Assembly: GCA_010015805.1 (NCBI GenBank)
Contig: ML978127.1
Span: 496,001 to 560,000, forward strand
DNA length: 64,000 nt
Reading direction: 5' to 3'
From: Rhizodiscina lignyota
Taxonomy: Eukaryota
The notes under the pieces are model-generated. The model had not been told where the DNA came from, did no database searches, and was given only the letters and a program-made list of their open reading frames with translations. Shown here in pieces: positions 1 to 13,009 of the stretch. The stretch's first letter is position 1. The number at the start of each line of letters is the position of its first letter. The position numbers were made by a program, and so were the translations under genes.

Positions 1-1522
1 GGAGAGCGGAGAAGGACGATCATCATAGATGGATTCACGGCGAACATTTCCACGTCAAGAGGGAGCTCGAAGAGCACTCCGAATACGACATCCGTTAGTG
101 AGCTTCGCTTCCAGATCAGACGGGAAAGACATCGCTTCGTGCGTTAAGAACGGATTGCTTCGATAAGGGCGTCGTCTTACCAGAATGGATCTGCTCTGCG
201 ACATGGGACGTAAACTATCCGTACAATACACTTTCGCTCTCAGGAGGCAGCTATCATAAACAGCCTACCAAAATTACACACTGCTCACTTGTTAGGAGAT
301 CCTGGGATAGGCTCAACGAGAAATTAACTCAGTGGCCGTCTTTACGTTTCCTGGCTCCGAGGTCATCCGCTACAAGTCAGCTCAATCTTCCAGCGTTAGT
401 CACCTACCTGTCGAACGATTCAAAGAACGCTCCGAATCAATCTTTCCACTCACCTCTGACAATGGCGAAGTTCGATGTACTGTATATCAACGTGATGAAA
501 ACTCGTTCAGGTACAGAAGAGAAGCCTTGCTACCAACTATCGATGCTCTTACACACGCCTTCAACCAACCAAGGACGAGGGAATGTAAACCAAAGACAGC
601 TTTGGTTGGACATCACTCGAGTGCCAAAAGGAGTCATCGCCAATCTGACTCAACACTCAGACACCTGTTCCGCCAAGTCCTCAATCATCCAATCCTGAAT
701 CAATGAGTTTACGTTCGCAGGGTCTGTGACGAACGGTGGAGCATGCAAGTATCAATCGTCTGGCTTGCCTCTACCAGTGAGCATGGATGCTCCGGGTTAT
801 GCCAACATGTGCTTTTGCACATAATATGCAAGTCAAGAGAAAGCAGCATGCGCTATGTATATTGAACTCCACTGCATGTTCTGCGTATCGCGTAAGTAAC
901 ACTCTCGTGGCTGAGAACAACTGGTCACCATCAGTAGTCATACGTACATAAAACCACTGCACATCGTGATCCTATGTTTCGACTTCAATGCGCGACAGAT
1001 GGGCTACCGCCAACCCTAAGTAATACAGGGCGCTTATTGTTGCGTCGCTCGAAATTTGCACGACAATATCTCGTTCCGACATATGCTTTTGTACGTGTCG
1101 CAGCGCAAATGGACGCTTCCGCGCGAATCAAGTCTGTTGCTCAACACCAGTTTGACAAGCAGTTGTGGAACGGCACAGCGGCTCCCAGCCCCCCTCCACA
1201 CTTACCTCCAGCACAAGTCGAGCACACGAAGTTGCCCATCGAATCAAGTGCCGGACACTAGTTTAAGCAGTGCGGGACTGTCGACATTTCGCTCGACTCA
1301 GCCAAATGAAATCGTGAACCATATGTGAGTGGGTCAATCTGTTTAATATTTCCCCATCTCAGCCAGCCACCCTAACGGCCGCTCCTGAGAATCAAGTTGA
1401 ACTATTCTACAGATACGAGTCCAGCTCCTCCCAGTTTTCCCTAATCCCTAAAGGTCCCCAACACCATTTGCATGCAATGCTGTTGAAACGTAGAAATGCC
1501 AAGAGAGAAAGGGAGGGCTGGA

Positions 1523-3589
1523 CTACAAGTGAAGATCCGATCTCCACACCCACTCAAAATCGCCACCAAAGCCACGACCGAACTCGTGGAAGTGCCTTGC
1601 ATGAGAAGAATGCTGCCTGTTTTGTGTCGGCGAGTGCTGGCGCCAGTCTTTGCTGAGGTTCCACTCCTTGTCGCCGTCGCTGTCTTTCGAAGCACTAGAC
1701 AAATTTCCTTCCTTGCGCCCGCTGTCCCAAATATCACTCCCATTTCCATGTTGCACCCACGCATCCTTGCGTCTGCCTCTCCAGCTCCCAACACGTGTCT
1801 GACTCCGCTTGCGTGGGGTCACTACCTGCCCTGCTTCTCGCTTCGTTGCGGTGGATTGCTTCGGTGTTGCACTTCCTGAAGTAGTCGCAGACTTTGATTC
1901 TGGATCAGCTCGTCTACGAGCACCCAATTTTGCCCATTTGTCGAGGAAGTCGGATTTGCGCGGCTTCGTTGGCGTTGCCAATGGGGAGCTGTGTTCCTCG
2001 AATAAGAATCCGGTTGTCTCACTAATGCGCTCGTCAACCTCTTGCTCATGGGCAGCTTGAGGGCTACGATTGCGGCTGTTGTTGATTGTCGACGGATTCT
2101 TCAGCTCGGTGAGACCGACACGGTTGCGTGGCGTGGACCTGCCATCAGAGCTCTCGTAGCCCCAGTCCTTGCTCTTGATTGCCTTGAGTGGGCCACCGAA
2201 GCCGAAGATGGTAGAGTTCTCAATGTCTGAGGACTCTGCTGCCTCTTCGTCTTCCTCGTACATATCACTCCAGCTCTTAGACATAGTATCGCGTCCCTTG
2301 AGAGCGTTGGCGAGGCTGCCGATAGGTCGAGCAGCCGAGATAGGGAGCGAACCACTGATGAGAACAGGCTTGGAACGCTGAACCTTGATTGGCTCCCCAA
2401 GAGGCTGAGGGATGGTGTTGGAAGACTTGACAGAAACACCTAGCCCAGAGTCGACGAACGACGCAATGGAGGCGGTGTCAGGCTTGCTGGAAACCCAGTC
2501 CTTCGACACATCCTCCGAACTAGGAAACAAGCTCTCGGAGATTTCCGTATCCGGGATAGCGGAAAGTTGGCGAATCTGCTGAGGTGGAGACATTGCCAGA
2601 GCCTTGGCCCAAGGGAAGGCACCGCCCTCAATTTGAGGTGTCGATATTGAAGGGGTACGGAGAGGCTCGCGATTGGCGGTGGCCAAGGCAACAGAACGCT
2701 CATCGGTGCAGAAGTCATCGAGTGCCTCATCGTCGGTCGTGAAGGAGACAACACGCTTCAAAGCCTCCTTGGCTGCAGTCAGGGATCTGTTGGCAGGATC
2801 AATGGCAAGGCAGTGGACCAAGACCTCGAACGTATCCTGAGACATGGTCGGGAAGACATCGAAGAGAGTCTGCCTGTCGGCAACAAAGTCCCTGTACAGA
2901 GGGTCTGAAGGAGTCGGCGTGGCAAACGGATTGCGAGAGAACAGAATATTCAATAGGCAAATACCGATCGACCACACGTCAGCTCTGGCCGGATTGTAAC
3001 CGTTGCCGGAAGGATCATATTGTTCAGGCGCCATGTAGCGGTCGCTACCCACAGCGCACTCCATGGACCAGGTGTCCTTAGTTGCGAGGCCAAAGTCGCC
3101 AAGCTTCATGACACCAGTTTGAGTCAAGAAGATATTCTCAGGCTTGATGTCGCGGTGGTAGATACCGTTCTTGTGCATGTGCTCGACAGCGCCGATGAGC
3201 TCGAACATGAAGCTGCGTACGTGCTCGGTCTGAAGTGGTCCACGTCCCACACGAATGGCTTCGTAGAGGTCGCCATTCGAGCAGAATTCAAGAACGAGAT
3301 AGATATGGCTGGCAGTCTCGAAAGAGTGGACGAGGTTGACAATGTTGGGGTGGTCCCCAATGCGACGGTGGACGCTGAGCTCCTCAGATCTTTCGTCGAT
3401 GGCAATGGCCGAAAGACAGACATTAGAAGCGGAGTTTTTTGTGAGACACTTCAATGCCACAAATTCGTTGGTGTAAGTGTCCAGAGCTTTGAAGACCATG
3501 CCGAACGAGCCATGGTTGAGAGGAGAAATCGTGCGAAATCGTCCATCGAGCAGTACTCCGGCAACGAAACTATTTCGCATACAATCCAT
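1523..3589 (-). CDS. ksp1: Ser/Thr protein kinase, Ksp1/Ran1-like family
   Basis: Intronless ORF from ATG 3589 (MDCMRNSF). Kinase motifs GSFGMV, VALK, HRDIKPEN, DFG and GSDRYMAPE, followed by a long low-complexity C-terminus. Confidence 0.85.
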   Translation of the reverse strand: MDCMRNSFVAGVLLDGRFRTISPLNHGSFGMVFKALDTYTNEFVALKCLTKNSASNVCLSAIAIDERSEELSVHRRIGDHPNIVNLVHSFETASHIYLVLEFCSNGDLYEAIRVGRGPLQTEHVRSFMFELIGAVEHMHKNGIYHRDIKPENIFLTQTGVMKLGDFGLATKDTWSMECAVGSDRYMAPEQYDPSGNGYNPARADVWSIGICLLNILFSRNPFATPTPSDPLYRDFVADRQTLFDVFPTMSQDTFEVLVHCLAIDPANRSLTAAKEALKRVVSFTTDDEALDDFCTDERSVALATANREPLRTPSISTPQIEGGAFPWAKALAMSPPQQIRQLSAIPDTEISESLFPSSEDVSKDWVSSKPDTASIASFVDSGLGVSVKSSNTIPQPLGEPIKVQRSKPVLISGSLPISAARPIGSLANALKGRDTMSKSWSDMYEEDEEAAESSDIENSTIFGFGGPLKAIKSKDWGYESSDGRSTPRNRVGLTELKNPSTINNSRNRSPQAAHEQEVDERISETTGFLFEEHSSPLATPTKPRKSDFLDKWAKLGARRRADPESKSATTSGSATPKQSTATKREAGQVVTPRKRSQTRVGSWRGRRKDAWVQHGNGSDIWDSGRKEGNLSSASKDSDGDKEWNLSKDWRQHSPTQNRQHSSHARHFHEFGRGFGGDFEWVWRSDLHL

Positions 3590-6500
3590 AGAGGCCGTGA
3601 GGAGGGAATCCGGCAAGACCAAAGGAAGGGGTTGAGAGAAACTCCGCCGAATACCAGAAGGTGGAAAGTAACTCGCCCGAAGAAGTACTGCAGATCGTAT
3701 TGTAACACGTGCCGGCTTTTTTGCAAGACGGGCAACAATCTATGATGCTTTTGTTTTTGAAGGAGAAAAAGGCACAGTTAAATAGAGATATAGTCCTTAA
3801 TGAGAACAGTCGCTTCGTCGATGAACAGTCGGTAGACCCAAGGAAATCGTTCGCTCAATGTGTGATAAGAGGTTCTCAACCACCGGTCGCTAAACTCCGA
3901 ATCGTCCAGGAAAGTCGCTAGGTTTGTACAGGGCCCGACCAAAAGGCGAGGAGCCGTCGATAGACTAAAGGCAAGGAAAAGTAGAGAGCGTTGTCGTGAT
4001 CATTGGCCGGAAGAGGGATCAAGGTAGTCGCAGGCGTGAAACCTGAGGCGCTTGGTCAACGAAAGGAGGTAAAGGAAATAATCGTAGTGTGGACGACGGC
4101 CGGTCGGTAGTAGATAAATAAATCAGGAAGAGGGCGCTGCGTGAGGGAAGAGGTGTCGTGACGCGTTGAGGGCTTCAGTCAAGAGGGTACGTGGATAGCG
4201 TGAGGAGTGGGGGTGAGTCGGAATAGGCAGCAAGCAGACGGGAGTGAAAGGACAACACAACCCGAATGCTGGAAGCTAGAGAGCGATCCGATAGTGAATT
4301 GGCGTTTCCGATGAGCGGGCCGAGCTGTTTGTTGTTGCCTGAGGGTCTAATCTGAACGCAAGGCTGTTGAGAGGGCGGGTTTGATGGTAGGAAGCATCAA
4401 AGACGGAGCTCTAGAGAGCACAATTGCAAGCTTTTCAGAGCAGATTGCGGAGGTCGGCGGACGATCAGAGCATTGAAGGTGATGATGCAAGGAGGCGAGG
4501 GCTGTCCAGCTGATTGAGGGTGACGAAAGCGAAGCTATGACACCACCGCGGAGAGGTTGAGATGAGTTCGGGCCAAAGGCGTAGGACAAAGAGGCGTTGT
4601 CAAAGGATGGAGAGAAGCTGAGGTAGAAGTAGTCGAAGGAGGGATGGCCAGAGGATATCGGGCGGATTCGAAATAGTGTTGTTTTGGTCGTCCACGGGGC
4701 AGGTGAGGAGTGCCACCGTTCTTTGTTGCGGTTGCGTCAGTAACGAGGGAGGTATGGAATGTAGCAGAGTGAGCACGGAGCGGCGGAGGGAGAGTGGGAT
4801 GGAGAGGCAGAGAGCGTGGCTGCAAGCGCAATTGAGGACGAACAAGACAACAGGTGTTAGAGGGACGGTGGTGATAGCATGATCAGATCTCTGGTGATGA
4901 TTCAAGCGGGCGAGGAGCAGCGAGGCTGGGTATTATGAATGAGCAGGCCCGCCTGGCGTGTCTGGCAGCGAGCGACTGGGAAGGCTCTGGAACGGCGACC
5001 GCCTTCTGCGCACCCTCGCACCTGCGAAGCCAGTGGGAGGCGATCTATGCCGTGTTGGGGCTTAGCGCTGCGACTGCTGCCGACCGCTTTTTTTGGCATG
5101 GTCATGCGATGGATGCCAGCTCTGAGAACCTGAATCCCGGGTGCAGCTCGCTTCCCACGCCCTGACTGGCTGCTGCTGCGCTGTATAGGCAGGGCACGCG
5201 TCGTGCCTCTAATCTCTCTAATCACCTCATGACCAAGCCGCGAGCCAGCGAAAATTACGCCTTTGATAATCACCGTCTAGCTCTACACGCCTGCAATCAT
5301 GAGGCCCCTCCGGATACGATGGTAGAGGCCTTGTGCACACCCTCAAGTGCCAGTGTCGTGATGGCCCTTCTTTCATGCCTCCTCCGACGCTCGCCGGCTG
5401 CTGCTGAGCTCATCGAAGGTGCTGGAAGAACACGTACCCAACTGCCCGTCGACCCCCGAGTCGTCTGTTCCCCTCTTTCTCTCGCTGATCATACCATCAC
5501 CTCCCCAGTTTTCATGCCAAACTCGACCATTTCTGCTGGATGCTATCGCCTGCTATCGCCATGCATATCCCACTGAAACCGTCGTGCTTGCGTGTCGTAA
5601 GAAACTCAACGAGGCCCCGAGGCCAAGCCAACAAGGCCAAGTGTCCTGAAACCTCGATCGCCATCCGTGTATCTTTCAATACGGCCGCAGAAAGCGTGGG
5701 TCCAGGACGAAAAAGCCGGCTCTCTGAATGCGCCAGCCAGGCGCACGTGTCGTCCGAGCCCGCATTCTTTGTCCCGCACAAGGCGTTAGCGGCATCCTGG
5801 TAGAGGCGTTATCGAACCTTGCAGCAGTTTCCATCGGCTTCTCCAAGCCAACGCGGGTCCAACGCGGGCAGCCACCCAATAGCGCGCAGCTCAGCCCTCC
5901 CAAAACCATTCCTTGTCGGATCGGCTGCGGTGACTGGCTCCGGAAGACCCTCAAGCTTGCCAGCGAGTTGCACAACAACTGTCAACCAGAAGCGTTGCCG
6001 GGTACGGAGTTGTTATGTTGAGGCTCCTATTGGCCTTAGGCACCAGGCATGCACGCTTTGGATTGTCCATCTTGTTTGTGCCTCTCTGCTGCCGTATGCT
6101 GCAGCAAGGAAGGCTGCTGCACGCCTCCGGCTTCCACGTTACTCGAATGAATGGGGTTCCGACTGCCCCTCCACCGAATGAGCCGCTGACCTTGTGGCTG
6201 GCACTCCTGCCCATCCAATCTGCGCGTTAAAGGGGCAGCAACAAGGCAGTTTGATGAGACGCCAACCAACTCCGGCCGACAACGCTAAATTCGGAAGATG
6301 GCGCTTCGACTCGTGATCTATGTCCTTGCGGGAGGAAGCGCTGGTGTGGGGTAAGATTTACAGGCGGCGTTTGAGGACGCTTTGCTGAGATCTCGTCTCC
6401 CTCAGACACCTCAAACTGCCGTATCATCCGGCTGACCATCGCTTGAAGAGCCTTGCAGAGCGACGTTTAGGATTTTCGCAGATGGATGTGGGAGGTGTGC

Positions 6501-7484
6501 CAATTGAATTGTGTTGAAGAGAGCGGTGTGCAATGGTGTGGTTAAAGTGTAGAGCTACTGTAGTGGGAATGAAAATTTTAACGAGATTTGCCACCACTGT
6601 AAATGCCTTGTTGGCATCCTAGGACGAAGACTGAATTGAACTGCAACTTTTACAGGACGCAAAGGCCCCGAGACAAGCATGATTTCCAAGTTAAAAGCGT
6701 GCATACGTTTTGGACGCCATTCAAGGGCGAGACGGCTGACTACTGCAGGTCTTCTGCAAGCCTTAGTCTGATAAGGGAAGGACGAGAAGCGCGTCTCTGC
6801 TATCCGATTCAGTCTCGTGCATAGAGATAGCTGACTGGTTGTTGGGGCCGCACAGCTTTGGCTCGATTTCGATGCGGAGCAGGGTGAAGAGCGCGTGCTC
6901 CATTTCCACTTGTTTCACGCGAGAACGTGAGCTGAGGCCAATTTCGCGTATCAGGACGGGAATCCGAAATGAGAAATGGTGATAAGGCCTTCCAAGAGTA
7001 GATAAACAGGACGGGGATCGTGAAATCGGTTGCACTCACAGAGGGTTTACAATTGATTATGTCCGCTGCCCTCACCGTGGACACGACGGTGACCAGATGC
7101 TGCAGAGAACTAAGTAACAGGCGCGAGGGTTGAGAGGACCCAGCACAATCGCGCACCTGCTGGAATCTACTGACATGCTCGCCTCGAGCGCAAAGTCTCG
7201 AAGGCGAAGAACGCAGTCTCAATCGCAAGTCACAACAATCAGTGTTTTCGGCACGTTGTCGGCGCGTTCGCGTGCGCCATCAATTGGATCGCGTTCGCTG
7301 AAAATCTCTTCGCCTTCACCGACTTTCAACTTCTTCGCACTCATCGCAGCGTGGGCAATATCAGATGTGAAGTTCGCGACCAATTGATATCTACTCCTCT
7401 ACTACCTTCTCACTCCACTACTATAATCCTTCCGTCCTTGCATGTCAGTTCTTTTTTCAGTCGGCGGTAACTTCTCTCGTCACC

Positions 7485-8599
7485 ATGCCCACGGCCACTT
7501 TCTCAGGGATCAAAGCCATTATACTTGATATCGGTGAGCCAATCGACCAATCAAACTTCGTCTTCTGAAATTTCTTCCCTTTAGCACCCTCGAATTCTCC
7601 ACAGCACCATTATCGCTTGCATCCGACGCATCGTTCCGTTCCCTTAGTCTGTTTGTAGAGACTTTGCAGTGGCGCCCGCTGCCAATCATGCAAGCCACAT
7701 GTCAGATACAGATCTTGAAAACTTTTTACATCTTCACCGCCACAGTCTTTGTCCTTTGTCAGATTGTGATGAAGATAGAATAAGAGACTGAATCTAATTC
7801 AACCCAGAGGGAACTGTCGCCCCTATCACGTTCGTCAAAGATACCCTCGTGGGCGCTCCCTTCCCATGTACCGCTCGTATCAGTAGATAAGCCGTCTGAC
7901 CATCAGTCTCAGTTCCCATACGCACTGCGCGTTCTCCCAGATTACGTCGCCAAGAACTGGTCGTCCCCCTCCTTTGAGCCAACGTTGAACTCATTCCCCG
8001 CCGAGGATCTCGCGTCCCCTGAGGCACTCGTCGCTCACGTACACGACCTCACCGCGCGAGACGTCAAGGTTGCGTATCTGAAGAGCTTGCAGGGGACGTT
8101 ATGGCGTTCTGGCTATGAGAGTGGCGCGCTTGTGACGCCTCTGTACGATGATGTGGTGACGAGGATCCAGTCGTGGAAGGATCGAGGTAAGATTCTTGCG
8201 ATATTCTCATCCGGCAGTGTCGAGGCGCAGAAGATGTTCTTCGCGCATGTCGGTGGTGAAGACGGAGAGGAGCAGCATGATCTTACGGGGCTGTTTGAAC
8301 CGTATTGGTTCGATACCGTGAATGCCGGGGCGAAGTTTGAGGGGAAGAGCTACGAGAAGATTGTGAGTGAGATGGGCGTTGAACGCGGGGATGCGCTTTT
8401 CTTGAGTGATCATATCAAAGGTTCGTGTCTTATTATATCTCCGCAGTTGTGGTACAGTTTTGACGAGTTCAAAGAGGTCCAAGCAGCCCTATCCGCAGGT
8501 TTGTGCGCGGCGCTCGTAATCCGTCCTGGTAATCCTCCGCAGGATTTCGCAGAAGGTACAGTGGCTGTACGTTCATTGGGAGAAGTCGAATTGGACTGA
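7485..8599 (+). CDS. UTR4: Enolase-phosphatase E1 (methionine salvage, HAD family)
   Basis: Exons 7485-7533, 7808-7848, 7913-8420 and 8475-8599 give AIILDIEGTVAPITFVKDTLFPYA, LKSLQG..W..GY, IFSSGSVEAQK and FLSD motifs. Confidence 0.93.
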
Positions 8600-9449
8600 G
8601 CTGTTGGGGCGCTTGGTCAATTAAGGAGCCGTCTTGGGTAACTTCTCAGAGAGGATGCGTCTCTTCCGAATCTCCGAATGCAGGAAACGGCCATGCTAAG
8701 CAATGAATCCTCTTCGTCTACTTCATCAACCACTAACGAGACATTCTCGGTGTGTGGATTTGGTTTTGCTTTGTACCCACGAGAATCTTCGAGGTCGAAG
8801 CAGCGAGGGATTCCGCACAGTATCCGTGGATGTGTTAATACCATTCGGCGACAGAAGGCCAATACTATCCGTCATCATGTCTCACTATGTTGCAAGAGTC
8901 TGTACACTGTCACTCTCACCTTTAATTGACCCTTGAATATTTGGTTGTCGTGGAGTCACGCACTCCACTTGAAATCGATGCTCTTTAACAATTCGTGAGA
9001 AGTGCCTTGATGTACATCAGATGTCTCGTTTCCAACATGTATGTATACCCATCAGGGCTAGTTGATGCAATCAAACTTGCAAATGGGCCTCTCCGCAGGG
9101 CTCTCCTTGCTGTAGAACCTTGCACAGCAGAAGAAAGGAACAGAGCCATTTGCCGGCTTAATCTTCTCTGCCACAGGAGGATCAATCAAGCTTTGTCTTT
9201 CATAGCTAGCGAATCATGACTGGTGTTGCGCAAGTTGAATGACGTGGTCAATGCTATTTGGTATGTCTCAGAGGATCCAGACATCCACGCCATCGCGACA
9301 AAGAAACAATCAAAGCGATATCGAAATTAACACTCTGCGAACCCGAAGCATCCAAAGTGGAGTATCTGTATTGCAGAGATACCTCCTATCGCTGACATGC
9401 TCGTGTCATATCTCATTGCGGCCGCTACGGAATAGATCCAACCTTAAAG

Positions 9450-10646
9450 TTAGTGAACCGCTATCATCAAGCCTGGACCCGCACTTTGTTCTGACTTCAT
9501 GTGCACTTTCTCGCGATGGATTTCTAGGTCCCTCTTTCGAGCAAAGCCTTTCTTCCCTCTACGATCGCAGCCCGATACGTCGCAATCGTTTGTGCCCTCA
9601 CCATGGGCCTCCCGCATGTGCCGAGCATGCTCTATCCTGCTCTTGAAGCCCCAGAATCGACCGTCAGGGCCTTCGGCCCCTGAGTATATACAAGACTTAT
9701 GGCTGCAAAACTTTGGCTTTACAGCGTCCGCCGAAAGACCATGAACTTTCTTCAGATGCTGCAGAAGATGATCACGTCGCTTGAAGGCACCTCGCCCTCG
9801 GTACCTGTGACACTCGACGCAGGGGTAAGAATTTGTGGACGAGTGGACACCCCGATGGCGCGTTAGAGCGTCTGGTCGTGTATATTGCGCCGAACATCCA
9901 GGCTCATTGCAAGCGAATGGCTTGTGGCTGGCCTGCTTCGCGTGTGATTCCAGGTCTGCGGCTTTGATGAAAGCTCCTCCGCATTCGGCACATGTGTGGC
10001 GTTTCGGAGCCGCGTGCGAGTCTGATCGAAACTCAGTCTCTGGGATTGGACGTGGAGATGAGGTTGCATCCGTCATCTCATCCCACTCTGAGCCGGTTTC
10101 GTATATTCCATCGATGGCTGAGCCCGCCACAGATAAGTCCATTTCATCGTCGTCAATTATCGCAGCTGGCTCTCTTTCATAAGGGTCTCCAACAGAAAAA
10201 GAAAACATTTCGTCAAGTGGAGAGTCCATTGGATCCGTTAAGAACTCATTGCAACCCGTGTTACAATTATCCTGAATACCACTGTTCATGACAGGCGACT
10301 CGCTCATTGTACCAACCCGCGAGTCCTGCTGCTCCTGAAGTGGGTGTCGTGTCATAACATCATTTCTTAGAACTCTTTCAAGGATCCCATTTTCTTTTGT
10401 GACGTCGTCAGGCGCATTTACGTCCTGATGCTCTTTACATGCTGGTTGGTTGAGCGCGGCAAATGCGCTTCCCAAGCTATCGTTTTCAACAAGTGAGTGG
10501 CTGAAGCCCTTAGAGGACAAAGGCTGTGAATGTATACATTGCGGCTCAGTCGAACAAATGAGAAAATCGGAATCGAAAAGGGATGATAAACTGTCATCTT
10601 CAAGGAGATGCGAGTTTTTGAGTTGTCCTTGCTCCTCGTTGAGCAT
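9450..10646 (-). CDS. C2H2 zinc-finger protein (five C-terminal fingers, acidic N-terminus)
   Basis: Five finger starts: CAECG..HAKQASH, CNEPGC..HRGVH, CVECH..HLKKVH, CSHKSC..HMREAH and CDVSGC..HREKVH. The start is uncertain; the first in-frame ATG is at 10646. Confidence 0.85.
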   Translation of the reverse strand: MLNEEQGQLKNSHLLEDDSLSSLFDSDFLICSTEPQCIHSQPLSSKGFSHSLVENDSLGSAFAALNQPACKEHQDVNAPDDVTKENGILERVLRNDVMTRHPLQEQQDSRVGTMSESPVMNSGIQDNCNTGCNEFLTDPMDSPLDEMFSFSVGDPYEREPAAIIDDDEMDLSVAGSAIDGIYETGSEWDEMTDATSSPRPIPETEFRSDSHAAPKRHTCAECGGAFIKAADLESHAKQASHKPFACNEPGCSAQYTRPDALTRHRGVHSSTNSYPCVECHRYRGRGAFKRRDHLLQHLKKVHGLSADAVKPKFCSHKSCIYSGAEGPDGRFWGFKSRIEHARHMREAHGEGTNDCDVSGCDRRGKKGFARKRDLEIHREKVHMKSEQSAGPGLMIAVH

Positions 10647-12252
10647 TTCGACAGAACGCGTGGAGACGACCGAGAGACTCGGATACACAACACAGTGAAC
10701 GGTATCAGGAGTCGACGCATATTAATTCCAGCTCAGGCCCAGCCGGTCTATCGTAAACGCTGGTGGGCATGCGTCATGCATACGGCCATCCAATCACATT
10801 CAGGGGCAGCCACACAAGTCTCTTCCCCTGCTACTAGAAGGTGGACGGATGCGACCACCTTCTAAGCCTCCATATAGTCATCCAATGTCTGTAATTCGAG
10901 CGCGACGTCCTCTCCGACATTCATTCTGTGCCGCTCTCTGAACCAGCGTCCAGAAGGCTGGATCAACGCCAGCGACAGGTTAGGACAACTCGGATATTCG
11001 CTGGACTCCTAATCGAATCCTGTCCCCTGGAACTTGGACCAGCCGAGTTCTCTGTCAGCAGCCTTCCCATCGCCCTCTCCTCCCCGCCTACAAACCACGA
11101 ATCGATTGCCTGATCCTCCCAGTATCATGCTGCAACAAGTCGTCACAGCAGGCTTAGATCCGTGATAGTCCCGCATACGAACGCTCACGGCTGCAACCAT
11201 CGAGAAGGCTCAGCTCTCTAGCCTGTCTTATAGGTTGCGTTGGAGAAGCATGACAGCGTGGAAGGCAGGCATTGGGCTGTGATTGTGAAGAGAGGGGATA
11301 ACCTGACTTCATGCAACCTTGCGGATCGAGCCTGTCAGACAAAGAGTACACCCCACTAGCAAGCCGAAGGACCAAGGTTCTGATTGACTGGCGCAAGAAC
11401 GGAGTTGTAAGACAGTCCTCCGTGACTGCAGAATGCGTGCAGATAGCGGAGGTAGCCATTCAATTCCACGGATTGCATTTGTGGGGTTGGTTTGCAAGCT
11501 TACATTGGCAGCTGAAGCTAACGTAAAGGATTTCATATTGTTAGCAAGGCTAATGATGGCTTTCGCTGCTTGAATGGAGCAGCAATTCCTAGCTGCGCTC
11601 AAGCTAGCCCTCCACACGTCGGAACTGGTGGGCGACAATGGAATCACGAGAATCGAAGCACAGAAGCACAGAGGCTCAGAGGGCTACATCGCCCACTTGT
11701 GCCATGTGTGCTACCGCCCTTCCGCGCCGAAAGCGCTCGACTAGGTTAATATCGTATGAGCTGTCTATGTCTTTGACCGTTCGCGTGGCGAATGAGCACA
11801 ATGCTGCCACTGATGAGGAGTAGAAAACGAAGACCCTGATCCTTGTATGCCGCTACAGTTCTCTGCTATGGTAGTATTAAATCGCGGTCCACGCGCCCTC
11901 CCCGACCCCGCCGACGGCGCCCTTCTTCCCACGATATCATATTACTGCACTCGGCTGGATATACTGCGCTCTCCGGTAGCTGGAACTTCCATGCGCTCGA
12001 TTTGAGATACAATATGTTTTAGACGATATGATTCAGAATTTTTGACGCTGTTGAAGGGCCTCGCTCTTGTACCATTGGCATTGGAACAAATAACTCGGAC
12101 GCGGTAACGACTTATAAGACGTTGACCACTCCCATCTCAAGGCCCAGGCGACACGCCTTACAGTTGTTTTAAGTTCTGAGTCTCCATTACGTTGAAAAAT
12201 ATTCTTCAGCCCGAATATCATCAAGAGCCGGCTCACTAAGGGTTTCGCAATC

Positions 12253-13009
12253 ATGGTAAGGACGCTGTCGAGGCCCAAGCAGTGGTGTGCTCACGCGTGC
12301 TAACTGCCTCTCTTTCTTGTTGCAGGATTCGGGCATTCAAGATAGTACTGGCGGAGCTGGCACGCAACATGATCCCGTTTATGTTGTCATTGCCGCAATG
12401 GTTTCCGCCATCTCGTCTTCAGCATACAACATACAGACAGAGCCTTTCCGTCCTTGCAGTATCGAAGAGATATTCGACGCATTCAACACGCATCTCTTCG
12501 AAACCCGCGTATTATATAACATACAACCCGATATGATACCCTTGGATATCAGAGATATCTTAAATAATCTTATCGGTATAAAGATATCGCTCGAGAATTT
12601 GGCTCGTACCTATCAATCTTATGGAGCCAACACTTTTGTGTCATCTCTACTTGCATATCTACCAGAGATCAACGAGCTCTTGGGGTATGTAGGGTTGAAT
12701 GCGCTGTCGATGATTGGTGCAACAGGTATAGCCTTGCTTCTTCTGTACACTGCGAGCCAATACTTATTGGGGAACTATAGGGTCGGGGAGCTCACTCGTG
12801 GACGAAACCCTTGTCCTTGCCGCCTCTTTGCCACATGTGGATGCGGCTCTCTTTGCCGCCGGTTACTGGACAAGGGATCAAAGAAGTTTATCGCCACTCC
12901 CCGAGTCCTATACATACACTCATCAAAGCATATTTGGTTCGACAGCCGCAGCCGACGCCGAGCGTGCTCAGCATGCGACATTGAACACGCAATACTACCA
13001 GTTGTCTGA
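12253..13009 (+). CDS. Hypothetical 228-aa protein with one putative TM segment and a Cys-rich tail
   Basis: ATG 12253-12255, then intron 12256-12325 (GTAAGG..GCTAAC..TTGCAG), joining in frame to an open frame ending at 13009. Confidence 0.5.

Noticed and set aside
1..1400. Short ORFs at the window start
   Set aside because: No recognisable motifs. A gene end entering from the left cannot be excluded but is unsupported.
3020..3745. Long antisense ORFs over real genes (also 14164-14769, 39690-40334, 51625-52353, 52537-53169)
   Set aside because: These are shadows of codon bias on the opposite strand of well-supported genes.
7760..7795. Box C (TGATGA) and box D (CTGA) motifs in UTR4 intron 1 suggesting a C/D snoRNA
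   Set aside because: The boxes are only about 15 nt apart, too close for a snoRNA. No hairpin-H-hairpin-ACA layout was found either.
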